This document shows, piece after piece, positions 13,679 through 21,933 of a DNA stretch of 64,000 nt. Location of the stretch: contig JAUSEW010000027.1 in NCBI GenBank assembly GCA_030651475.1, forward strand, positions 173,614 through 237,613, given 5' to 3'. The position numbers and the translations under genes were made by a program. Origin of the DNA: Candidatus Levyibacteriota bacterium. GTDB lineage: Bacteria > Patescibacteriota > Microgenomatia > Levybacterales > UBA12049. The notes beneath the pieces are model-generated. The model worked only from the letters and a program-made list of their open reading frames with translations. It was not told the DNA's origin and did not search any database. How positions within the stretch are numbered: the first letter of the stretch is position 1; every line of letters starts with the position of its first letter.

Positions 13679-14410
13679 TTAAACGTGCGTATTATTTCTG
13701 CCTTTTTTCGCTTCTATTAATTGCTGACCGGCTTTATCTAAGAGTTCCTCCATCGTCTCACCTTTCCAAATGGATCCTCCGATGCTAACCGTTAATGGAA
13801 TTTGTTTACTTGAGAATGGTATATGGAAAGGTGCGGATTCCATAGACACTCTTATCTTGTCCGCAACCAGACGTAAGCTTTCTATACTATCAATTCCTGG
13901 TAAAATAATTGCTGTTTCATCTCCACCGTTTCTAAATGGTATATCTTCACTTTTTGCATCCTCATATCCTCCTCTAAGTTGCTCAGTTATTCTCAGAGCT
14001 GCTTGAACGATTACTTCATCTCCAGCTGGTTGCCCGTACTCTTTATTTATTTCACGAAAATGATCAAGGTCAGTAAAAAGTAATGCAAACGGTTGCCCAA
14101 GCTTAATCCTTTTTTCGATTTCAGGTCTTAGATGTTCTTGTCTGTATAAACCTGTTAGTCCGTCTAATGCGTTTTTTTTATTTGCCTCTTCAATTTTTCT
14201 TTCTCTTTTTAAAAATGCAAGCGCAATAATTCTGTTTTTTTCTTCTTTACCTATTGTTCCATTTTCTGCTCTTGTATCTAAAGAGCTTAGCCAATCTTGT
14301 TGTGTCCTAAGATATAGCTCTCTCCTCAACCTTTCAGGGCTTCTTCTTTCAACAGTGAGTTGCTCTTTACCCTGCGTATTTTCTAATCCCGCTCCGTTAT
14401 CTAATGCCAT
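13679..14410 (-). CDS. GGDEF-domain protein (diguanylate cyclase-like, GGDET)
   Basis: DGLTGL, DLDHFREIN..YGQPAGD, RNGGDET, TVSIG, AKKGRN. Confidence 0.85.
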   Translation of the reverse strand: MALDNGAGLENTQGKEQLTVERRSPERLRRELYLRTQQDWLSSLDTRAENGTIGKEEKNRIIALAFLKRERKIEEANKKNALDGLTGLYRQEHLRPEIEKRIKLGQPFALLFTDLDHFREINKEYGQPAGDEVIVQAALRITEQLRGGYEDAKSEDIPFRNGGDETAIILPGIDSIESLRLVADKIRVSMESAPFHIPFSSKQIPLTVSIGGSIWKGETMEELLDKAGQQLIEAKKGRNNTHV

Positions 14411-15840
14411 TACCGTAATCCCTCCATAATTAAAATTCTTACTTTTTCGGCATCAATTTTTTCTTTGAAATTTTTCATTACTTGTCCCATCAAAAACATT
14501 ATCGCATTTTGCTTGCCGCTTTTGTAGTCGGAAACTGCTTTTGGGTTTTCTTTTAGAACTTTATCGATTATTTTTTCCAATTCTTTTTCGTCTATTTGGT
14601 CTGTTTGGGTTGCATTTAAAATAATTTGTATTAGTTGGGCGGGGAGAGTTAGATTAATATCTATGTCCCTATTAATTAGAAAATTAGCGATTTGTTTCGG
14701 ATTAACATTATGTTTTTTGCCGACTATTATTGTTTCCTCGAAAAAATTTGCCATTGGCTTTTCTCTAGTTAGAATTTCCGCATCATAAGCAGATAGGCCA
14801 AAACCCGCTTGAAATCTTTTTAGTTTTTCTTCTGGCAATTCTCCTATTTGAGATTTAATTTTTGATATTTGATCTTGAGTGAAACGAATCGGCGGGATAT
14901 CCGGTTCTGGGAAATAACGATAATCATTTGCTTCCTCCTTAATCCTTTGGGAAACAGTCTGTCCTTTTTTTTCATTCCAGCCCATGGTTTCCTGCGCCGG
15001 AGTTTCGCCATTATTCAAAATTTCTTCTTGTCTTTTTATCTCATATTCAATAGCCTTTTCAACAAAGCGGAACGAATTAATATTTTTCACTTCAACCTTA
15101 TAATTTGGTAATTTACCAATTAATTCTTTATCATTTATCCTTAACGATATATTCGGCTCAAGCCTCATATTGCCTTTTTCCATATCTGCGTCAGAAACAC
15201 CAAGATAGCGTACGATCTGCTGAAGTTTTTTAAGATATTCGACAACTTCCTGCGCGCTTTCAAAATCCGGCTGGGTAACAATTTCCACCAAAGGAACACC
15301 GCTTCTATTAAAATCAATCAACGAATCTTGCCCTTGATGTATTAATTTAGCAGTATCCTCTTCCATGTGTACGCGTCGTATTCTAATTATTTTTTCTTCA
15401 TCAATTTTTAACTTTTCATCCGTTCGACTTTGCTCAGGATGACCTCTTCGAGCCTGAGCCTCAGAGCCGAAGGCCTGAGTTTTATCGAATGGGTCATTTT
15501 TAATTTTTAATTTAAGCGATCCGTTGATCGCGAATGGCTCATCGTATTGGCTTATTTGATAACCTTTCGGAAGGTCAGGATAAAAATAATTTTTTCTGTC
15601 AAATTTGGAAAAAAGGGGAATTTTGCAACCCAAAGAAAGTCCAATCATTACGCACCATTCAATTGCCTTTTGATTGGGTACTGGCAATGCACCGGGAAGA
15701 CCAAGGCAAACAGGGCAAGTATTGGTATTTGGTTTTTCGCCAAAATATTCTGCTTTGCATGAACAGAACATCTTGCTTTTTGTTTTAAGCTCTACGTGAA
15801 CTTCTAATCCGATTACCGGAATATATTTATCATTTTTCAT
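14410..15840 (-). CDS. gatB: Asp/Glu-tRNA amidotransferase subunit B, with a nested repeat insertion
   Basis: IGLEVHVEL, FDRKNYFYPDLPKGYQISQ, HMEED, DYRYFPEPD. Confidence 0.97.
   Translation of the reverse strand: MKNDKYIPVIGLEVHVELKTKSKMFCSCKAEYFGEKPNTNTCPVCLGLPGALPVPNQKAIEWCVMIGLSLGCKIPLFSKFDRKNYFYPDLPKGYQISQYDEPFAINGSLKLKIKNDPFDKTQAFGSEAQARRGHPEQSRTDEKLKIDEEKIIRIRRVHMEEDTAKLIHQGQDSLIDFNRSGVPLVEIVTQPDFESAQEVVEYLKKLQQIVRYLGVSDADMEKGNMRLEPNISLRINDKELIGKLPNYKVEVKNINSFRFVEKAIEYEIKRQEEILNNGETPAQETMGWNEKKGQTVSQRIKEEANDYRYFPEPDIPPIRFTQDQISKIKSQIGELPEEKLKRFQAGFGLSAYDAEILTREKPMANFFEETIIVGKKHNVNPKQIANFLINRDIDINLTLPAQLIQIILNATQTDQIDEKELEKIIDKVLKENPKAVSDYKSGKQNAIMFLMGQVMKNFKEKIDAEKVRILIMEGLR
15419..15493. 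repeat. Nested palindromic element inside gatB: 30-bp inner palindrome (15444-15473) within an outer inverted pair
   Basis: Outer arms CCGTTCGACTTTGCTCAGG and CCTGAGTTTTATCGAATGG; inner CTCTTCGAGCCTGAGCCTCAGAGCCGAAGG; TCA on both sides. Confidence 0.85.
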
Positions 15841-15887
15841 ATCATTTACCCTCAAATACTTTAATAATATATATTATTAAAGTAAAT

Positions 15888-17279
15888 TTAGAGTTTGGGT
15901 TTTTGTTTATACCATTGCGTTGCTTGTTCATATGCGTATCCAATTTGAAATAGTCTAGCTTCCGAGAACTGCGGACCAAGGATTTGCATTCCGACAGGAA
16001 GACCATTAGAAAATCCAATTGGAACAGATAATCCCGGAATTCCGGCTAAATTAGCAGTCACTGTAAAAATATCCGATAGGTACATTTTTAACGGATCATT
16101 AATTTTCTCCCCCAATTTCCATGGGGGAGTTGGGGAAACAGGCGTTATTATTGCATCGACTTTTTTAAAAGCATAGTTAAAATCTTGTTTAATTAGAGTT
16201 CGTACCTGCATAGCTTTTTTATAGTATGCATCGTAATAACCAGCAGACAAGGTATAAGTTCCTAGCATAATTCTCCTTTTTGCTTCATCGCCAAAATTCT
16301 GCCTTGCGGAACCATATCTAATTCCGTCATATCTTGCCAGATTGGATGATACTTCGGAAGGTTGAATAATGTAATAGCATGCAGTTGCATATTGCGTGTT
16401 AGGTAAAGAAATATATTCTGTGTTTGCTCCTAGTTTTTTCAATTGTTTATCTGCATTATCAAGCAATGTTTTTAGATTCTTATCGATTCCCATAAATGAA
16501 TATTGTGCAACAATTCCTATCTTCATTTTTTTTAACGGTTTAACTTCGTGCTTTTTCTCAAGAGTAGTTGCGTCCATAATGTCTTTGCCGCCTGTGACGC
16601 TTAACATAATCTCCGAATCTTCGACTGTTTTGGTAAAATGGCCGATTGAATCCAAAGAAGATGCCATAGCAATTATTCCATATCTACTAACTTTACCGTA
16701 TGTAGGTTTTAGGCCAACGACATTATTAAAACTTGCAGGAAGCCTGATTGATCCTCCCGTATCCGTACCGGTTGCGGCAAGACACATATCAGACGCTACG
16801 GATACAGCGGAGCCGCTGGAAGATCCGCCCGGAACATATTCTTTATTCCACGGATTTTTTGTCGGACCAAAATCCGAATTTTCTCCACTGGAGCCATGCG
16901 CCCAAGCATCTAAATTAGTTTTTCCGACAATAACTGCACCTGCATCTTTTATTTTTTTAACAACAGTTGCATCATATTGAGGAACATAATTTTCCAAAAC
17001 TTTTGATCCGGCCGTAGTTTTTATACCTTTTGTTGAAAATAAATCTTTAAGGGCAATCGGAATTCCCAGAAGGGGCAGATCTTGTCCGCTTGAAATTAAT
17101 TCATCGGCTGATTTAGCTTGATCCAAAGCCTCTTTTTCGGTTACTGTAATAAAGGCGTTTAAATCTTTATTATGTTTTTTAATTTGTTCAAGACATGCTT
17201 TCGTCAATTCAACCGACGAAAACTTTTTGCTTTTTAAGCCTTCTCTCGCTTCTTTTATCGTTAACTCGTTAAGCTTCAT
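15888..17279 (-). CDS. gatA: Asp/Glu-tRNA amidotransferase subunit A
   Basis: Amidase signature PGGSSSGSA, DTGGSIRLPA, SSNLARYDG. Confidence 0.97.
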   Translation of the reverse strand: MKLNELTIKEAREGLKSKKFSSVELTKACLEQIKKHNKDLNAFITVTEKEALDQAKSADELISSGQDLPLLGIPIALKDLFSTKGIKTTAGSKVLENYVPQYDATVVKKIKDAGAVIVGKTNLDAWAHGSSGENSDFGPTKNPWNKEYVPGGSSSGSAVSVASDMCLAATGTDTGGSIRLPASFNNVVGLKPTYGKVSRYGIIAMASSLDSIGHFTKTVEDSEIMLSVTGGKDIMDATTLEKKHEVKPLKKMKIGIVAQYSFMGIDKNLKTLLDNADKQLKKLGANTEYISLPNTQYATACYYIIQPSEVSSNLARYDGIRYGSARQNFGDEAKRRIMLGTYTLSAGYYDAYYKKAMQVRTLIKQDFNYAFKKVDAIITPVSPTPPWKLGEKINDPLKMYLSDIFTVTANLAGIPGLSVPIGFSNGLPVGMQILGPQFSEARLFQIGYAYEQATQWYKQKPKL

Positions 17280-17299
17280 AATTAATCATTAATCCTTCA

Positions 17300-17581
17300 T
17301 CATTCCGTGAGTATTGCTTTGACTTTGAAAAATCCATTATGTTGAGATTTCGTGTTGGACAAAGCGTCGTCTTGAGACAGAGAAGGTTTTGCTTCATCTT
17401 TGCGTGTTACGTTTTCAAGTCCAGTTACCTGACTTGTAATTTCCACATTTTCCGTATTAACTTCTTTTAGTTTTTCAACGTAGGACAAAATTTCTGATAA
17501 TTGTTTTTCGAACTTTTCTTTTTCTTCTGATTTCAGAGGAAGATTTGCCAATTTTGCAACGTGCACTACATCAATTTTCAT
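17300..17581 (-). CDS. gatC: Asp/Glu-tRNA amidotransferase subunit C
   Basis: HVAKLANL...QLSEILSYVEKL...FFKVKAIL; upstream of gatA. Confidence 0.93.
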   Translation of the reverse strand: MKIDVVHVAKLANLPLKSEEKEKFEKQLSEILSYVEKLKEVNTENVEITSQVTGLENVTRKDEAKPSLSQDDALSNTKSQHNGFFKVKAILTE

Positions 17582-17588
17582 TACTCTA

Positions 17589-18392
17589 TTATAATTCAAT
17601 ACTTAATCTTTTAGCAATCGATTTTCGTGCTTGGGTTTCTAGAGAATTGTCGAGAGGGGAGAGGTTGATGGGGGAGCCGTACTTTTTTTCAAGAGCAAGT
17701 TTGATTAATAAGTCAGCAAAACTTGGGTTTTTGGGGAGAATTGGACCGTGCAGATAGCTTCCGAAACTATTTTTATAAATTGCTCCTTCTGTTTTATCAA
17801 TCCCATTATTCCCAAATCCTTTAACTACCCTTCCCAATGCTTTTATGTTTTTTCCAAGATAAGTTCTTCCTCCGTGATTTTCAAAACCGACCAACGTTCC
17901 TTCATTGTCATTCTGACGAAGGTCAGAATCTCGTTTTGATTGAGATCCTGAAATAAATTCAGGATGACATTTAATAATAATGTTCCCAATAAGGCGCGGA
18001 TGATTTATTCCGGGATTTTCAGTATAAAGGTCCAAAATTCCAAGGCCTTTGATAATAGTTCCATCCGCTTCCTTATAATATTTTCCCAGGAATTGGTAAG
18101 CTCCGCAAATATAAAGTCCAGGAATGCCTTCATTAATTATTTTTTTTAATGTTGATGCTTTTTTCTGCAAATCTTCAGCGACAATTTTTTGCTGTTGGTC
18201 TTGGGCGCCGCCCATAAAAAGCAAATTGCACGTGGTTAATAGCTTATGGTCGAAACCGATATCAAGGCGTTTTACTTCAACGCCAATTCCCCGCCATTCA
18301 CAGCGTTTTTGAAGGGTAATAATATTTCCCCTGTCTCCATAAGTAGACATTAATTCTGGATAAAGCCAGCCGATAACTAATTTATGATTCAT
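17589..18392 (-). CDS. gatD: Lipid II amidotransferase glutaminase subunit (CobQ/GatD family), with a repeat insertion
   Basis: LYPELMSTYGDRGN, GGAQD, ICGAYQ, GFENHGG, YLHGPILPKNP; follows murT. Confidence 0.92.
   Translation of the reverse strand: MNHKLVIGWLYPELMSTYGDRGNIITLQKRCEWRGIGVEVKRLDIGFDHKLLTTCNLLFMGGAQDQQQKIVAEDLQKKASTLKKIINEGIPGLYICGAYQFLGKYYKEADGTIIKGLGILDLYTENPGINHPRLIGNIIIKCHPEFISGSQSKRDSDLRQNDNEGTLVGFENHGGRTYLGKNIKALGRVVKGFGNNGIDKTEGAIYKNSFGSYLHGPILPKNPSFADLLIKLALEKKYGSPINLSPLDNSLETQARKSIAKRLSIEL
17906..17969. repeat. Inverted doublet of hairpin (REP/BIME-like) units inside gatD
   Basis: TGTCATTCTGACGAAGGTCAGAATCTC, 9-nt spacer, GAGATCCTGAAATAAATTCAGGATGACA; each arm is a hairpin and the arms are inverted copies. 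Confidence 0.88.
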
Positions 18393-18413
18393 AATTTATA
18401 ATTTTTAATTAGA

Positions 18414-19727
18414 TTAAAGAATCTTTTTGCCTGTTAAGATTTTGCGAACTTCGAGCATTGCCGAATAGGTTGGCAATATGTAAAGCGTTTCAGATTTAGG
18501 AGTTTTTTCCAAACTCATTGCGATTGCCTTTTCAAGATCTTCTTGAATTATGAATAAAGAATCATGAATTATGGACTGGGCATATTTTATTCTTAAGCCC
18601 ATGTCGTAAGCTCGATCACCGGATATTGTAATATTTTTAAATTTACTAACGATTTCTTCGAAATCTACATCCCAAATCCAGGAAACGTCTCTTCCGTCAG
18701 GAATTCGGTCGTTTAAGACTAATAATAAATTTTCGGCTTTTAAATCAGAAATGGTTTTCAGAGATTCGTTAAGACTGGTGGGATTTTTGGAAAGAAAAAT
18801 CTGTACTTTTTTCCCATTTATATCTAAAGTTTCCTGCCTTCCAAACGCAGGCTGGAAATCTTTTAACGCAGAAATTATATTATTTTTATTTATGCCAACC
18901 TCTTGGGCTAAAAGTATTGCTGCAATAGTATTGTATCGGTTATAAATTCCCAAAAGCGGAAAGACAGACGAAGTTGAGATATTTAGTTTTGGCCGCGAGT
19001 TACCGCATTTCAGACACGCCCAAGCCCCCAAATGAGAATAATAAATTGCCGAATATGAAAGCTTAAATTCACAGTTGGGACAGTACGTTGAATCGGCTGC
19101 GTGTTGTGCCTTCGCAGTTGCCAAATTCATGTCGTTCAGCCCAAAAAACTTTACGTTTACACCTTCGAGGTGTAATCTCAAACTAGCAACCTGCGGATCA
19201 TCCGCATTTAGAATAAGAGTCGTTTTTTCGTCGAGTTTCTTAAGCGCATCAGCCCACCTTTTTGAAACTGCGTTTACTTCACCATAACGGTCTAATTGGT
19301 CGCGAAATAAATTTAGAATTATGACAAAATCCGGATTCGTAATTTCTTTTAAAATAAGCGACAATGTATTTTCATCAATTTCAAAAATTGCAAAATCTTT
19401 ATCTATTTGTCCATCAATATCGGCATTCGAAATTAAAGCAGAGGCTATTCCGTTTAGTAAGTTAGCTCCCGATGTATTTTCGAATATTTTTTTACCATTT
19501 TCCTGAAGTATTGACCTTATTAATTTAGTAGTAGTTGTTTTACCGTTTGTTCCGGCGACTAAAATAATCTTTAACTTTCTGCCGTTATTTTTTAAAACGT
19601 CTTTTATAAAATTTTTATTTGCATTTAAAGCAATATGTCCCGGCCACGTCGACCCAGATCCGAGATTAAGCATTCTACTAACAAGCGAAATACATTTTCC
19701 CAAAAAGATGATTAAACTGTTAAGCAT
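18414..19727 (-). CDS. murT: Lipid II isoglutaminyl synthase subunit MurT (Mur ligase plus DUF1727)
   Basis: GTNGKTTT, NLFRDQLDRYGE, CxxC..CxxC, KNP, DGRDVSWIWD, TYSAML. Confidence 0.93.
   Translation of the reverse strand: MLNSLIIFLGKCISLVSRMLNLGSGSTWPGHIALNANKNFIKDVLKNNGRKLKIILVAGTNGKTTTTKLIRSILQENGKKIFENTSGANLLNGIASALISNADIDGQIDKDFAIFEIDENTLSLILKEITNPDFVIILNLFRDQLDRYGEVNAVSKRWADALKKLDEKTTLILNADDPQVASLRLHLEGVNVKFFGLNDMNLATAKAQHAADSTYCPNCEFKLSYSAIYYSHLGAWACLKCGNSRPKLNISTSSVFPLLGIYNRYNTIAAILLAQEVGINKNNIISALKDFQPAFGRQETLDINGKKVQIFLSKNPTSLNESLKTISDLKAENLLLVLNDRIPDGRDVSWIWDVDFEEIVSKFKNITISGDRAYDMGLRIKYAQSIIHDSLFIIQEDLEKAIAMSLEKTPKSETLYILPTYSAMLEVRKILTGKKIL
19157..19175. repeat. Hairpin TTACACCT-TCG-AGGTGTAA inside murT (CACCT-N3-AGGTG family)
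   Basis: Perfect 8-bp stem with 3-nt loop; encodes LHLEGV; related sequences at 50334 and 51522. Confidence 0.65.
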
Positions 19728-19770
19728 CGCTCTATTATTATACTTCAAGTAATTGATTAATTGTGATTAA

Positions 19771-20412
19771 TTATTCTGTGGGTACGTTGGTATTCAGGTT
19801 AGTAGTTTCCCGAGAGGATCTCTGAGGTGGTGCTTCAGTCATTATGATTTCTCCGGTCTCGATACCTTTTAGCCATTTTTCTACTAACGAATAATCGTTT
19901 TCTTTTATAGAGGAATCCATAAACACATTTATGATATCAGGTTTTATAGATATTCTAGGATGTCTACTCTTAAAGCCTCTCGGCGGAGGGTTTAAGCTTT
20001 CAGCCTCAACGATTTTTGTTCTTTTAACTCCTTGACCAGATTCGTTAAAAAGATATTGGATGTAGATTTTATAGATTTTTCCATCAACTCTATTTGTAAA
20101 AAGGAAGGGGAAGCTATTTAACGTTAGAGCATATAAGGGAGAATTAAGGGCATTTTTTGCCGAAATTTTAGGAAAACCATCATTTTTACTTTCTAAGACG
20201 AAGATGGCCGCAGGATCTCCTAAAAGTCTTCGATGGCTTAGGGTGGTAAGTATCATTACGTGTTTCCGATCGTTTCTCCCCTCCTGATTAAATAAGACTT
20301 TTAACCCACCTGCGATATTGCTGTTCCTGATTTTTTCAGCTTCAGAATGAGGCTCAAAAAAAGCACCTTGTTCTAATTCTGTTTTGGCACTTCCGTTTTC
20401 TGCCTTCGCCAT
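19771..20412 (-). CDS. Hypothetical (orphan) protein
   Basis: 213-aa ORF filling the gap; own TG-C-TATAAT promoter just upstream. Confidence 0.7.
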   Translation of the reverse strand: MAKAENGSAKTELEQGAFFEPHSEAEKIRNSNIAGGLKVLFNQEGRNDRKHVMILTTLSHRRLLGDPAAIFVLESKNDGFPKISAKNALNSPLYALTLNSFPFLFTNRVDGKIYKIYIQYLFNESGQGVKRTKIVEAESLNPPPRGFKSRHPRISIKPDIINVFMDSSIKENDYSLVEKWLKGIETGEIIMTEAPPQRSSRETTNLNTNVPTE

Positions 20413-20465
20413 ATGGCACCGATTATAGCACTTTTGATTGCAGATGCAAGCCGAAGCAATAGTTA

Positions 20466-21368
20466 CTACATTGCCCTAAGGATTTTGATACGTTCTTCAA
20501 TTGGGGGGTGGGTGTTGAAAAGATTCGCGAACCAGTTCCCGGATATTTTATTTTTGAATGGATTGGCGATGTATAAATGTGCGGTTGCATTATTCGCAAC
20601 CTCTAAGGGCTCTTTGTCTTTGGAAATTTTTTCAAGAGCAGACGCCAAGCCTTCGGGGTATCGCGTAAGTAAGGCGCCTGACGCATCTGCTAGAAATTCT
20701 CTTTTCCTTGAAACTGCAAGTTGAATTAAGGTTGCGATAATGGGAGAAAGTATTGCCAGAGCAATTCCTATAAGTAAAAATATTCCTTGAGCGTTGCCTT
20801 CCCTATTCCCCCTATCTCTTCTGTCCCCCCCATACCATAAGCTTCTCATAAAAAAATCTGCAAGAAGAGCAACTAATCCCACCAAAATTACAACAATTGA
20901 CATTAGCCTTATGTCATAGTTTTGAACATGAGATAATTCGTGGGCAATAACTCCTTCAAGCTCAGCCTTATCTAGCTTTTCCAAAATTCCTGTTGTTACG
21001 CAGACAACCGAATGCTTGGGATCTCTTCCCGTTGCGAATGCATTTGGCGCGGAATCTTCAATAATATAAATCTTAGGTATCGGAATTCCTGCTCCAATGC
21101 ATAAATTTTCTACAATTCTAAAAAATTGCGGATTATCTTTTTTAGCAATTTGTTTTGCCTTAGACATTCCCAAAATCATCCTATCGGAATAATAGTAACT
21201 GGCAAAAGTTATAAGACCTGAAATAATAAGTCCGATTCCCGCATATGATAATCCATATCCGGAAGTCTTACCGTACACAAAAATAATAGTTGTTATGAAT
21301 AAAACAAACAAAATAACTATCAGCCAAGTTTTAGTTTTATTGGCTGAAATTTGAGAATAAATGTTCAT
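20466..21368 (-). CDS. htpX: Zinc metalloprotease HtpX (M48)
   Basis: PNAFATG, HELSH, SRKREFLAD, THPPIEERI. Confidence 0.95.
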   Translation of the reverse strand: MNIYSQISANKTKTWLIVILFVLFITTIIFVYGKTSGYGLSYAGIGLIISGLITFASYYYSDRMILGMSKAKQIAKKDNPQFFRIVENLCIGAGIPIPKIYIIEDSAPNAFATGRDPKHSVVCVTTGILEKLDKAELEGVIAHELSHVQNYDIRLMSIVVILVGLVALLADFFMRSLWYGGDRRDRGNREGNAQGIFLLIGIALAILSPIIATLIQLAVSRKREFLADASGALLTRYPEGLASALEKISKDKEPLEVANNATAHLYIANPFKNKISGNWFANLFNTHPPIEERIKILRAM

Positions 21369-21374
21369 ACTTTA

Positions 21375-21926
21375 TCAGAATTTTACCTTAACAGATTCTC
21401 TTTCGGAACTTTTTGCTTCAAAGAATTCTTCCGATTTATAGCCAAACATATTACCCACTGTTGATCCTGGAAATTTAGCAAGTGTTTCGTTATAACTTGC
21501 GACATTTGAATTATAAAATTGTCTTGCATAGGCAATTTTCGCCTCAATGTCAGAGAGTTCTTCTTGCAGTTCCAGGAAATTTTTACTTGCTTTAAGATCA
21601 GGGTAGCTTTCCGAAATCGCAATCAAACTCTTTAAAGCACTTGAAAGCATATTGTCAGATTTGGCCTTTTCCGAAGTCTCTGTTGCATTCATAAGAGACG
21701 CTCTTGCTTTGGTAACATTTTCAAGCAAATCCTTTTCATGTTTGGAATATCCCTTAACTGTTTCAATAAGATTAGGTACTAGGTCAACGCGTCTTTTGAG
21801 TTGAACATCAATTCCGCTTAAGGCTTCCTTTATTCGGACTTTACCTGTTGCTAAAGAGTTATAGGTAGTCCAAACAAATAAGACGATGACAACGACCGCA
21901 ATTATTAAAATAAGAGTTGGAGACAT
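21375..21926 (-). CDS. lemA: LemA family protein
   Basis: IDVQLKRR.DL.PNL, YPDLKAS.NFL.LQ, ARQFYN. Confidence 0.95.
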   Translation of the reverse strand: MSPTLILIIAVVVIVLFVWTTYNSLATGKVRIKEALSGIDVQLKRRVDLVPNLIETVKGYSKHEKDLLENVTKARASLMNATETSEKAKSDNMLSSALKSLIAISESYPDLKASKNFLELQEELSDIEAKIAYARQFYNSNVASYNETLAKFPGSTVGNMFGYKSEEFFEAKSSERESVKVKF

Positions 21927-21933
21927 AATATTA

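Noticed and set aside
15398-15515. gatB, gatD or atpA insertions as inteins or introns
   Set aside because: Far too short, with no C/S...HN intein ends or group I/II intron features; they match DNA palindromes.
16396-16980. Long antisense ORFs (194 aa here; also 8025-8522, 48665-49075 and others)
   Set aside because: They are shadows opposite highly conserved genes and have no recognisable motifs.
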